Of a stretch of 32,000 nucleotides of DNA, positions 1 through 13,920 are shown piece by piece. The notes beneath the pieces are model-generated. The model was given only the letters and a program-made list of their open reading frames with translations, did no database searches and was not told where the DNA came from. The position numbers and the translations under genes are program-made. The first letter of the stretch is position 1, and the number at the start of each line of letters is the position of its first letter. The DNA comes from Cupriavidus necator (GTDB lineage: Bacteria > Pseudomonadota > Gammaproteobacteria > Burkholderiales > Burkholderiaceae): positions 2,430,001 through 2,462,000 of the forward strand of contig NZ_CP066018.1 of assembly GCF_016127575.1 (NCBI RefSeq). The letters are read 5' to 3'.

Positions 1-1
1 G

Positions 2-480
2 CAGCGCCTCGGCGAATCCGAGCTCAGCCTAGCGCGGCTGGAAGGCGAGCTTGCGCAGAAGACGGAACTGTTCTCGACGGAGCTGGAGCGCGGGGCAATG
101 GAGCGAAGAGCGCTTCTTGCACGCCTGGAGGCGATCCACGCCAGCACTTCCTGGCGTATCACTGCGCCGATGCGCATGGCAATGCGTGCACTGCGCGCAC
201 TTGCGCGACCGAAGTCCAGCATGAAGTCGGGACTGAAGATCGTGATCAGGAAGGCCGTGCCGATCGTGCTTGACCAGGTCTGGCTGCGTCCGATTCTGAG
301 GCGGGTCGCTGCTCGATTCCCGGGGCCCTGGGACTGGCTGATGCGTCGCATCCGCGGGGTGATTGTTGAAACGCCCGCTGCCCCTGTCGCGCCTCGCCTT
401 TCGGAGGAGGCGCTCCTGTTCAAGGCTGCCCTCACCAAACGACTGGCAGGCAAGCGCAATATGGTGGGAGGCAGCTTCTG

Positions 481-481
<1 letters not shown>
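2..481 (+). CDS. C-terminal fragment of a coiled-coil protein (5' end upstream of window); possible glycan chain-length/termination factor
   Basis: Frame 2 is open from the window edge (QRLGESELSLARLEGELAQKTELFSTELERG..., E/L/A/R-rich and coiled-coil-like) and runs into track ORF 98..481. It contains STSWRITAPMRMAMRAL followed by a basic tail. The stop TGA at 479-481 overlaps the ATG at 481-483 of the next gene. Confidence 0.5.
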
Positions 482-5486
<5,005 letters not shown>

Positions 5487-5490
<4 letters not shown>

Positions 5491-6596
5491 GTATTCTGAA
5501 GGTGGGGCTTAGTTCCGGGCCGCTCTATCGCGGCGGGGACGGAATCAGCGTCTACACAGCAGCGCTCGCACGCGAGCTGGCACAGCTGGACTGTGCGGTT
5601 GTCCCATGCGTGTACTCGGAGAATGGCACCGCGGCGCGGGCGCCGGCGCAAGCGATACGGTTTTCGCGCTCGTTCGGACAGCAGGCGATGATGAGTGCTC
5701 TCGGCGTGCAATTGCATGTGGCCAGCCGGATCGCTGTCTATCATGCCACCGATTATCGCGTCGCTCGCATGGATTGCCCCGTCGTCGCGACCTTGCACGA
5801 TGCCGTTCCATTGCGGTTTCCCCAATGGACTTCATCCCGGCTGCGGCGTCTGAAGAACTGGCAGATCCGCCAATCCGGCCGGCTCGCGGATCATGTCATC
5901 GCGCATTCGAAGGCGGCGGTGAGCGACCTGACCGAGTACTTCGGCATCGATGAAAGCAGGATTTCGGTGGTCCCGTGCGGGGTTGACCGTCACTGGCTCG
6001 CGCCGGTGGACCGCGCGAGCATCGACGCTGCGATGACGCTATACAGGCTCGTCCCCGGCTATTATCTTTTTGTCGGCACCTTGCAGCCGCGCAAGAATGT
6101 CGGGCGCATCCTGCACGCCTATCTCGCGCTGCCCGCCAGCGTTCGTCGCGACCGTCAGCTGGTCATCGTCGGGCGTGAAGGCTGGCGTTGCGAGGCCGAC
6201 GTGGCGGCGATCCGTGCAGCACAAGCAGCCGGCGAGCGCGTGCTGTGGCTGGATACCGTGTCAAGCCAGGAAACCCTGCGCGCCATCTATGCACAAGCTG
6301 GTGTATTTGTGTTTCCGTCGCTGTATGAGGGCTTTGGCCTGCCGCTGCTAGAAGCATTCGCGTGTGGAGTTCCAGTGATTGCTTCGAACAGCTCCTGCTT
6401 GCCCGAAGTGGCCGGTGGGGCGGCCGTCGAGGTCGATCCGCTATCGGTGGAGGAACTGACCTCTGCCATGATCAGACTGGGAGAGGATGCTGGATTGCGA
6501 ACGCGGTGTATCGAGCAGGGTCGCAAACGGGCGCTTGAGCTTTCATGGGAGAAGACAGCACGTGCGACCATGGATGTCTATCGACGTCTCGTCTGA
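5487..6596 (+). CDS. GT4 glycosyltransferase (WbpY/WbdB-like candidate)
   Basis: 369 aa with FVFPSLYEGFGLPLLEAFACGVPVIASNSSCLPEVAG (the E-x7-E GT4 motif). ATGA overlap with the rmd stop at 5487-5490. Confidence 0.85.
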
Positions 6597-6610
6597 CAGA
6601 TTGAATTGAC

Positions 6611-7726
6611 ATGCGCGTTCTCCACGTATTCAAGACCTATTTTCCCGACTCCTTTGGGGGCGTGGAGCAGGTCATCCGGCAGATCTGCCTTGGCGTCGAG
6701 GCGCAGGGCATGGAATGTCGCATCTTCACGTTAAGCAGGAATGCGAGGAACAAGCCGGTTATCCATGACGGGGCGACCGCAGTCTATCGCGCGCAGGTTA
6801 GCATCGATGTCGCCTCCACGCCGATGTCGTGGTCCGCGATGCAGTTGTTCAAGCGGCAGTGCGATTGGGCCGACATGATCCACTATCATTTTCCCTGGCC
6901 ATACGGCGATCTGCTGCATACGCTCGTGAGGCCGGGGAAGCCCGCGCTGGTCACTTATCATTCCGATATCGTGCGGCAGCGCACGCTGCTGAAGCTCTAT
7001 CAGCCGCTGATGCATCGCTTTCTGGGCCAAATGCGAGCCATTGTGGCCACTTCGCCGAATTATTTGGGCACGAGCGACGTTTTGGCGAAGTATCAGGACA
7101 AGGTCAGCATCATTCCTATCGGCGTGGATGAGCAAAGTTACCCGAAGCCTGACGAGCGTTTGATGGAACACTGGCGCGGCAAGCTGGGTGAGGGATTTTT
7201 CCTCTTTGTCGGCGTCATTCGCTACTACAAGGGGTTGCACATCCTGCTGGATGCCTTGAAGGGCACCGACCTCAGGGTTGCCATCGTGGGGGCGGGTCCT
7301 ATCGAGAAAGCCCTGCGCGAGCAGGCGAACCGATTGCGCCTTACAAATGTGCATTTTCTGGGCGCCCTGCCGGAAGCGGACAAGATGGCATTGCTCCATT
7401 TGTGCGGGTGTGTGGTATTTCCGTCGCACCTTAGATCCGAGGCTTTCGGGGTCACCCTGTTGGAAGGTGCGATGCTCGGCAAGCCGATGATATCGTCGGA
7501 AATCGGGACAGGCAGCAGCTTTGTAAATATCAATGGCGAGACCGGCATTGTAGTGCCACCCGGTGATGTGAGTTCGTTCCGGGAGGCAATGCAAATCCTG
7601 ACAGCATCGCCAGCTCTCGCGGAGGCGATGGGTAGCAAGGCGAAAGAGAGATTTGATACACTTTTTACCGCCAAGCGCATGGCGGATGCCTACGCCGAAC
7701 TCTACGCCGACCTGGCGCGACAATGA
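6611..7726 (+). CDS. GT4 glycosyltransferase (WbpZ/WbdC-like candidate)
   Basis: 371 aa. N-terminus MRVLHVFKTYFPDSFGGVEQVIRQI is typical of WbpZ/WbdC-type enzymes as I recall them. C-terminal VVFPSHLRSEAFGVTLLEGAMLGKPMISSEIGTG. Confidence 0.82.
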   Translation: MRVLHVFKTYFPDSFGGVEQVIRQICLGVEAQGMECRIFTLSRNARNKPVIHDGATAVYRAQVSIDVASTPMSWSAMQLFKRQCDWADMIHYHFPWPYGDLLHTLVRPGKPALVTYHSDIVRQRTLLKLYQPLMHRFLGQMRAIVATSPNYLGTSDVLAKYQDKVSIIPIGVDEQSYPKPDERLMEHWRGKLGEGFFLFVGVIRYYKGLHILLDALKGTDLRVAIVGAGPIEKALREQANRLRLTNVHFLGALPEADKMALLHLCGCVVFPSHLRSEAFGVTLLEGAMLGKPMISSEIGTGSSFVNINGETGIVVPPGDVSSFREAMQILTASPALAEAMGSKAKERFDTLFTAKRMADAYAELYADLARQ

Positions 7727-7773
7727 CAGGTTTGGGCTGTGTTGCCAGTGACCGCGCCTGGCCACTATTAGTA

Positions 7774-7789
7774 ATTCGACTAGTCGAAT
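7774..7789. repeat. Perfect 16-bp palindrome ATTCGACTAGTCGAAT in the AT-rich spacer between glycan modules; function unknown (operator or hairpin candidate)
   Basis: Read directly from the sequence. It is self-complementary over all 16 nt and lies in the 139-bp non-coding gap 7727-7865. Confidence 0.6.
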
Positions 7790-7865
7790 CCCTGCTGGAA
7801 GCCGCTGATTGAGCAGGCAACTAGAGCAGCATTTTCCGGCACAAGAGATTGAATAACCTACTGAG

Positions 7866-8948
7866 ATGAATAGCCTACTTAATTTTGAAAAAGCGCTGTC
7901 CGGCAGGAAGGTATTCGTCACCGGACACACCGGTTTTACCGGAGGCTGGGCCAGCGTATGGCTGCAAGCCATTGGCGCGAACGTAGCCGGCTTTGCCCTG
8001 CCGCCGGATACGACGCCCTCTCTGTTTCAGTGCCTCGGCGTTGACCAGCAAATCCCGACCGTCTTCGGCGATATCTGCGACTATCCCAGCCTGGCAGAGG
8101 CGGTCCGCGCCTTTGAGCCGGAGCTGATCCTGCATCTGGCGGCCCAGCCTTTGGTGCGCCGGTCCTACCGTGAGCCGCTGTCGACGTTTGCGGTCAATGC
8201 CCAGGGCACTGCCAACGTTCTGGAGGCGGCACGTGCCGTAAAAAGTGTCCGCGGCGTGCTGTGCATCACGACGGACAAGGTGTATCTGAACCGGGAGTGG
8301 CCATGGCCGTACCGCGAGAACGATCCGCTCGGCGGCAAGGACCCGTATAGCGCGTCGAAGGCCGCGGCCGAGATGGTGATACAGAGCTATGCGGCGTCCT
8401 ATCCCTGGTCTGAAAACCGGGGGCCCGCCATCGCCATCGCGCGAGGCGGCAATATTATCGGCGGTGGAGACTGGTCCGAAGACCGCCTGGTTCCGGACTT
8501 TGTCCGTGCCGTAGTTGCCGGGGAAACCTTGACCTTGCGGTATCCGGACGCTACCCGGCCATGGCAGCACGTCCTTGCCCTCGTATATGGATACCTAGTC
8601 CTGATGGCGGGGCTGATATCCGATCAGCCAGGACGATTCGCGCGAGCCTGGAATCTCGGACCGCAGGACATCAGGCAATATTCTGTGCGCGATGTGCTGG
8701 AGTTGATGAGCCAGCACTGGAAACGACCGGCACTGGAGTATCTGGACAACCCTTTGCCAGAAGCAGGGGCCCTCGCCCTCGATAGCTCGCTGGCCAGGAA
8801 TGCACTGGGCTGGCTGCCAGTCTGGGATACCGCTCGCGTCGTCAGCGAAACTGCCAGTTGGTACCGCGAGTTTTACGCGAATCCGGAGTCGGCGCGAGCC
8901 ATCACCGAGCGGCAGATCAATTCGTGGCGCGAGGGTATCAAGGAATGA
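7866..8948 (+). CDS. rfbG: CDP-glucose 4,6-dehydratase
   Basis: 360 aa. KVFVTGHTGFTGGWASVWLQAIGANVAGF N-terminus is typical of RfbG/DdhB. DPYSASKAAAE (YxxxK). Co-located with rfbF. Confidence 0.9.
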   Translation: MNSLLNFEKALSGRKVFVTGHTGFTGGWASVWLQAIGANVAGFALPPDTTPSLFQCLGVDQQIPTVFGDICDYPSLAEAVRAFEPELILHLAAQPLVRRSYREPLSTFAVNAQGTANVLEAARAVKSVRGVLCITTDKVYLNREWPWPYRENDPLGGKDPYSASKAAAEMVIQSYAASYPWSENRGPAIAIARGGNIIGGGDWSEDRLVPDFVRAVVAGETLTLRYPDATRPWQHVLALVYGYLVLMAGLISDQPGRFARAWNLGPQDIRQYSVRDVLELMSQHWKRPALEYLDNPLPEAGALALDSSLARNALGWLPVWDTARVVSETASWYREFYANPESARAITERQINSWREGIKE

Positions 8949-9766
8949 AATTCGTTATTGGAGCGGGCGGCCGTCTAGGTCAGGCATTGACCGCCTTGTA
9001 TCGAGAAGACAATGTGGTTGTCGTCGATCGCCAGTGCTACCGGGATTGGTGGCAGGATGGCTCCCAGGCTGCCATTTCACGTTATTTCGAGCAGTGGTCC
9101 GGTGTCGACAGCACAATATTCATTGCGGCGGGGATTCTCGATCCGAAGATTTCCGGCGAAGACCATCTTAGAGTCAATTTCCTGCTGCCAAAGCACCTGA
9201 TCGAGGGGACGGCCCAGGCAGGCATGCGGGTGGTGACGTTCGGTACGGTGATGGAAAAGCTGATTGCCAACCAGAACCCATACATCCACAGCAAGGCTAT
9301 GCTGGGCCAATACGTGGCGGAGCGCGCTGACCGGCTTGCTCATCTCAGGGTGCACACCCTCTATGGCATCGGACAGCCCAGTCCCTTCATGTTTCTCGGC
9401 CAGATTTGCCAGGCCCTGCGGCAGCAAACGCCTTTCGAGATGTCGCCGGGGAATCAGTTGAGGGAATACCATCACATCGAGGACGAAGTTCGGGCGATTG
9501 CAACACTGGTCGAGCAGCGGTCAAGCGGCGTGATCGACCTGAGTCACGGTCAGCCGGTACGGCTGAAGGATCTGGCAACGCACGTCTTCCGTAGCTTCGA
9601 TGCGGAGTCGCTGCTGCGCATCGGTGCTTTGCCCGACCCCGGCGACGAGAACTACCAGACGTTTTTCGAGCGCCCGAAGTCGTTGCAGAATATTCGCTTT
9701 CGTGAAACGCTTCCCTCGGTTGTGGACTATCTGAAAGCCTGCTCCCTAGGCTGGGAGGTGGCGTGA
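8945..9766 (+). CDS. Small NAD(P)-dependent SDR-fold sugar-nucleotide reductase/epimerase (candidate CDP-4-keto-6-deoxyhexose reductase)
   Basis: I re-set the start to the ATG at 8945, which is in frame with track ORF 8858 and forms an ATGA overlap with the rfbG stop. MKFVIGAGGRLGQAL (GxxGxxG) and YIHSK (YxxxK). 273 aa. Confidence 0.72.
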   Translation: MKFVIGAGGRLGQALTALYREDNVVVVDRQCYRDWWQDGSQAAISRYFEQWSGVDSTIFIAAGILDPKISGEDHLRVNFLLPKHLIEGTAQAGMRVVTFGTVMEKLIANQNPYIHSKAMLGQYVAERADRLAHLRVHTLYGIGQPSPFMFLGQICQALRQQTPFEMSPGNQLREYHHIEDEVRAIATLVEQRSSGVIDLSHGQPVRLKDLATHVFRSFDAESLLRIGALPDPGDENYQTFFERPKSLQNIRFRETLPSVVDYLKACSLGWEVA

Positions 9767-10749
9767 TGACGGCAGCGGAACAAGTGATGGCAGAGCGCAG
9801 GCCGCTGATTTCGATTTCCATCCCGGTTCTGAATGAGGCCGGGAATATTAATGCGCTGTACGCTCGCCTGACAGCGGTTGCCGAGAAGATGCGCGACCGG
9901 TGCGATCTCGAATTCGTATTTTCCGATAACCACTCGGATGACGATACGTGGGATATCCTGAAGCGACTGGCAGCCACCGATCCACGTGTAAAGGCAATCC
10001 GCTTCTCCAAGAACTACGGCTTCCAGCGCTCCATTTTTGCAAATTATCTCCACACCCGTGGCGATGCGGTCATGCAGATTGATGCGGATCTGCAGGATCC
10101 GCCGGAATTGCTGGAATCGTTCTTCGAACTCTGGCAACAGGGATACCATGTAGTCTATGGGATTCGCAAAAAGCGCCCTGAAGGATGGCTGCTGAACAAT
10201 TTCAGGCGCCTTGGCTATTGGGTCATCGACAAGATCAGCGAGCACCCGATTCCGCGCGATGTGGGTGATTTTCGCCTGATCGACCGGAAGGTGATCGAGG
10301 CCCTGTCGGGAATCCGGACGTCCAGTCCTTACCTGCGTGGCATGATTGCCGGTCTTGGATTCAATCAGACCGGCATTCCCTATGATCGCGATGCGCGGGT
10401 AGCGGGGGAGAGCAAGTTCAATGTATCGCGGTTGGTCCGGCTGGGACTGACTGCGGTCTTCAACCACTCCACCGCACCGCTGCGCGCTGCCTCGTTTCTG
10501 GGCGCTGTCATCCTGGCGGCCAGCTTCCTGGGTGCTCTGTACTATGTCGTGCTTCGCCTGTTTCATCCGGAACTGCCACGCGGACTGGCAAGCATTCACG
10601 TTCTTGTCCTGTTTGGTATCGGGTTGAATGCGTTTCTGCTCGGTATTATCGGGGAATATATCCTGAGAATATATCTGGTGCTGCGTGCCGAGCCGATCGC
10701 CATTATCGAGCAAAGCATCAACTTTTCCAGGTCTGAACTCAAACTCTAG
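9766..10749 (+). CDS. GT2 polyprenyl-phosphate glycosyltransferase (GtrB/ArnC/DPM1-like)
   Basis: ISISIPVLNEAGNI...FSDNHSDDDT...QIDADLQDPPE (GT-A DxD region). Two C-terminal TM helices plus LLGIIGEYILRIY, the GIIGEY motif typical of GtrB/ArnC. GGGAGG at 9753-9758 lies 7 nt before the ATG at 9766. GTG at 9763 is an alternative start. TGATG overlap with the preceding stop. Confidence 0.85.
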   Translation: MTAAEQVMAERRPLISISIPVLNEAGNINALYARLTAVAEKMRDRCDLEFVFSDNHSDDDTWDILKRLAATDPRVKAIRFSKNYGFQRSIFANYLHTRGDAVMQIDADLQDPPELLESFFELWQQGYHVVYGIRKKRPEGWLLNNFRRLGYWVIDKISEHPIPRDVGDFRLIDRKVIEALSGIRTSSPYLRGMIAGLGFNQTGIPYDRDARVAGESKFNVSRLVRLGLTAVFNHSTAPLRAASFLGAVILAASFLGALYYVVLRLFHPELPRGLASIHVLVLFGIGLNAFLLGIIGEYILRIYLVLRAEPIAIIEQSINFSRSELKL

Positions 10750-10759
10750 GGGGAAATCG

Positions 10760-11533
10760 ATGAAGGCAGTCATTCTTGCCGGCGGTCTCGGGACTCGAAT
10801 TGCCGAGGAATCGGATACCAAGCCGAAGCCGATGGTGGAGGTGGGCGGGCGGCCACTGCTCTGGCACATCATGAAGATCTACGCGCATCATGGCATCAAG
10901 GACTTCATCATTTGCCTGGGCTACAAGGGCTATGTGATCAAGGAATTCTTCTTCAACTACTATCGGCACATGGCCGATATGCAGATCGACCTCAAGACCG
11001 GCGATCACCAGATCCTGAACAGCCAGTCCGAGGACTGGCGCATCACGCTGGTCGACACCGGCTCCGAGACGATGACCGGCGGGCGGCTGAAACGTGTGGC
11101 AAGTCATCTGGGCAACGATACCTTCTGCCTGACCTACGGAGATGGTTTGTCCAATATCGATATTACGGCGGAGCTGCAGTTCCACCGGCGGCATGGAAAG
11201 CTTGCAACCGTTGCCGCGGTTCAACCTCCTGGCCGTTTTGGCGTGCTCAATCTGGATGCCAACCAGAATGTCTCTAGTTTCGAGGAGAAGCCTCGTGACG
11301 AAATCGGCTGGATCAATGGTGGATTCTTCGTCCTGGAGCCGTCGGTCGTTCGCTATATCGAAGACGATGCGACTTCATGGGAAGCGGCGCCGCTAATGAA
11401 TCTCGCCAAAGACGGTCAGCTTGCCGCCTTTCAGCACACCGGATTCTGGCAGCCGTGTGACACGCTGCGCGATAAGCGCGAACTGGAGAGCCTCTGGAAC
11501 AAGCGGAAGGCGCCCTGGCGCATTTGGGAATAG
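10760..11533 (+). CDS. rfbF: Glucose-1-phosphate cytidylyltransferase
   Basis: I re-set the start to the ATG at 10760 (in frame with track ORF 10685, with AGGGGG upstream). MKAVILAGGLGTRIAEESDTKPKPMVEVGGRPLLWHIMKIY... 257 aa, the canonical RfbF/DdhA length and N-terminus. Confidence 0.92.
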   Translation: MKAVILAGGLGTRIAEESDTKPKPMVEVGGRPLLWHIMKIYAHHGIKDFIICLGYKGYVIKEFFFNYYRHMADMQIDLKTGDHQILNSQSEDWRITLVDTGSETMTGGRLKRVASHLGNDTFCLTYGDGLSNIDITAELQFHRRHGKLATVAAVQPPGRFGVLNLDANQNVSSFEEKPRDEIGWINGGFFVLEPSVVRYIEDDATSWEAAPLMNLAKDGQLAAFQHTGFWQPCDTLRDKRELESLWNKRKAPWRIWE

Positions 11534-11535
11534 CG

Positions 11536-12567
11536 ATGACGGAAGGCGGGAAAGGAAGGCGTGACTGGATAAAGCAACTGGTGGGAGGGGCGATCACCCT
11601 CGTCTGTCTGTTCATCATTGCCAGGCAGGTCGATGTTGGCGAAGTCGTCAAGGCACTCGAGCATTTTCATTGGCCGTTTCTCACGCTTGGCATTGCATCA
11701 CTGAGTCTGGGCTACGGGCTCAGGATTCTGCGCTGGTCGCTGATGCTACGTGCCGCGGGTGCCGACGCTAAGTGGCGGAACTGTGCCACGCCGTTTCTTG
11801 GCTCGATTGCCTTGAATAACGTGCTGCCGTTGCGGCTGGGTGATTTGATCCGTGCTTTCGTGTTTCCCAATGCCATGGGAATCAGCAAGACCACGGCCGC
11901 TAGCAGTCTGTTGATGGAGCGCCTGATCGATCTCATGACGCTGCTGGGCTGTCTTGCGATCGGGCTGGTGGCGAGTCAGGGTACGCGCTTGCCGGGCATG
12001 CTGGCTGAATCGGTCGTCGGCATCGCCATTGGCGGCGGCGTCATCCTGATTGCCGGTTTTCTATTCAGCGGAAGACTGGCCAACCTTTGTCAGAAGTTCG
12101 CGCAGGGGAATGCGGCATCGCGGCCATCGGCAAGTTTTTCGCGAGCCCTGCTGATACTGGCCAGCTTGCTGCGGAGTTTCGAGGCGATGTCGAGGCCGCG
12201 TGTGCTATTGACTGTCGTTGCAGTCTCGATGCTGGTCTGGGCCGGCGAATCGGGTCTGTTCTATTTCGTATTACGGGGTTTCGGATTTGATGCAAATCCG
12301 GCCCTTGCTGTGGTGGTGATGGCGATCGCAACCCTCTCGACGCTGGTGCCCTCATCGCCTGGCTATATCGGTCCGTTTCATCTGGCTGCCTTCACGGCGG
12401 TCTCGCTGCTCGGTGGTACGTCCGCGCAAGCAGGAAGCTATGCCGTACTGGTCCATCTAGCGTTATGGCTGCCCACCACCCTTGCCGGCGCAGTGGCAAT
12501 CTGGATGCGCCCGTCACTGTTCAGGGCAATCCGCTCCGGACCGAATCCCGAATTGAAGATTAATTGA
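11536..12567 (+). CDS. Polytopic membrane protein, LPG_synthase_TM / MprF-flippase-domain-like (UPF0104, 'flippase-like domain' family)
   Basis: About 8 hydrophobic helices. LRILRWSLMLRAAG...FLGSIALNNVLPLRLGDLIRAFVF matches the conserved R..RW...N..LP.R.G(D/E)..R pattern I associate with this family. Track start 11524 is a TTG; the ATG at 11536 lies 2 nt after the rfbF stop. Confidence 0.68.
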   Translation: MTEGGKGRRDWIKQLVGGAITLVCLFIIARQVDVGEVVKALEHFHWPFLTLGIASLSLGYGLRILRWSLMLRAAGADAKWRNCATPFLGSIALNNVLPLRLGDLIRAFVFPNAMGISKTTAASSLLMERLIDLMTLLGCLAIGLVASQGTRLPGMLAESVVGIAIGGGVILIAGFLFSGRLANLCQKFAQGNAASRPSASFSRALLILASLLRSFEAMSRPRVLLTVVAVSMLVWAGESGLFYFVLRGFGFDANPALAVVVMAIATLSTLVPSSPGYIGPFHLAAFTAVSLLGGTSAQAGSYAVLVHLALWLPTTLAGAVAIWMRPSLFRAIRSGPNPELKIN

Positions 12568-12577
12568 GTGGTAAACC

Positions 12578-13882
12578 ATGAGTAATTACGATGTCGTTGT
12601 GGTCGGTGCCGGCTTTACCGGGCTGACGGCAGCTTATGCCCTTGCCAAGCAGGGAAAGAAGGTTCATGTCGTCGAGGCCGATGCTACCCCGGGTGGACTG
12701 GCCGGAACGTTCGAATTCGCCGATGGCGTCAAGCTGGAGAAGTTCTATCACCACTGGTTCAACAATGACGTCTACGTCCCGGAACTGGTGAAGGAACTCG
12801 GCATGGAGGGGGATGTGATTCTTCTTCCTACCCGCACCGGCATGTACTTCAACGGGCGCATGTGGAAGCTGTCGACCCCGCTCGACCTGCTGAAGTTCAA
12901 GGCGCTATCGTTCATCGACCGGATCCGCCTTGGCTTGCTCGTATTCCAGGTCCGTCGGATCAAGGACTGGAAGACTATCGAGCATCTGAGCATCCGTGAA
13001 TGGCTGGAGCCGATCTGCGGGAAGACCGTCTATCGGATCGTCTGGGAGCCTCTTATTTCGTCGAAGTTTTCCGTTTATGCGGAAGCAGTCAACGCTGTCT
13101 GGATGTGGAAGAAGCTGGTACTGCGTGGCAGCACCAGGAATGACAAGGGCGGCGAGGAACTCGCCTACTTCAAGGGGGGCTTTGGCCGGTTGGCGGAGGC
13201 GATGGTCGCGGCAATCGAACGGGCCGGCGGCGAGGTCACGTTTAAGAACAAGGTAAATGGTGTTCTTGCCGACGGCAAGAAAATCACGGGCCTGGAGACC
13301 GAGCAAGGCGAACTGAAGGGGAAACAGTATCTCTTCACGCCGTCTTTCCCGATTATTGCCGACATGTTTGAAGGCACAGCCCCGCCCGAGTGGCTGGCCC
13401 GTCTTCGCCGGGTACGCTACCTGGGCAACGTTTGCCTGGTGCTGCGCCTTAATCAGAGCCTTTCGGAAACCTATTGGCTGAACGTGAATGACCCCGGCTT
13501 TCCTTTTGTCGGGGTAATTGAACACACCAACTTCGACAAGCCGGAGAACTATCAGGGTTCTCATATTGCGTACCTGTCGCGATATCTTGCGGTCGAGGAT
13601 CCGGTGTGGGGCTACACCGATGAGCAATATGTTGACTTCGCGTTTGAGCACCTGAAGCGCATGTTCCCGAAGATGGACCGCTCCTGGATTGTCGAACACC
13701 GTGTGTGGCGTTCGATGTACGCACAGCCGGTTACCGAGAGACAGTATTCGGAGTATGTACCCAGCGAGGAGACGCCCTACGAAAACGGATGGATATCTAC
13801 CATGGCGCAGATCTATCCAGAGGATCGAGGCACGAACTACGCCATCCGCGAGGGCAAGAGAATCGTCGAGAAGCTTGCGTAG
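12578..13882 (+). CDS. FAD/NAD(P)-binding flavoprotein (amine-oxidase / phytoene-desaturase / UGM-like superfamily); specific function unknown
   Basis: MSNYDVVVVGAGFTGLTAAYALAKQGKKVHVVEADATPGG is a classic GxGxxG beta-alpha-beta motif with an acidic residue and GG. 434 aa with no TM segments. Confidence 0.8.
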   Translation: MSNYDVVVVGAGFTGLTAAYALAKQGKKVHVVEADATPGGLAGTFEFADGVKLEKFYHHWFNNDVYVPELVKELGMEGDVILLPTRTGMYFNGRMWKLSTPLDLLKFKALSFIDRIRLGLLVFQVRRIKDWKTIEHLSIREWLEPICGKTVYRIVWEPLISSKFSVYAEAVNAVWMWKKLVLRGSTRNDKGGEELAYFKGGFGRLAEAMVAAIERAGGEVTFKNKVNGVLADGKKITGLETEQGELKGKQYLFTPSFPIIADMFEGTAPPEWLARLRRVRYLGNVCLVLRLNQSLSETYWLNVNDPGFPFVGVIEHTNFDKPENYQGSHIAYLSRYLAVEDPVWGYTDEQYVDFAFEHLKRMFPKMDRSWIVEHRVWRSMYAQPVTERQYSEYVPSEETPYENGWISTMAQIYPEDRGTNYAIREGKRIVEKLA

Positions 13883-13920
13883 TGGGATCGTTGGACGGGG
13901 ACGTTTCTGGAACTGAGAAA

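Noticed and set aside
6731-7972. 413-aa ORF on the - strand (the same reasoning applies to 9727..10872 and 12905..13942)
   Set aside because: These ORFs lie antisense to a GT4, the GT2 and the flavoprotein gene respectively. Each sense gene has strong motifs, and the antisense products are Arg/His/Pro-rich.
7866-11533. Reading rfbF/rfbG as a 3,6-dideoxyhexose (abequose/paratose/tyvelose) pathway
   Set aside because: No RfbH (PMP-dependent E1, DegT-like) or RfbI (E3 reductase) candidate is present anywhere in the window. The only tailoring enzyme is one short SDR.
13705-13920. Upstream extensions of track ORFs (also 8858-8944, 10685-10759, 18615-18791, 27513-27638, 31345-31404, 21326-21364, 23810-23836)
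   Set aside because: The extensions overlap the preceding gene or start at non-ATG codons. They encode Arg/Pro-rich sequence ahead of the conserved N-terminus. Internal ATGs fit the family N-termini, the stop/start overlaps or Shine-Dalgarno spacing better.
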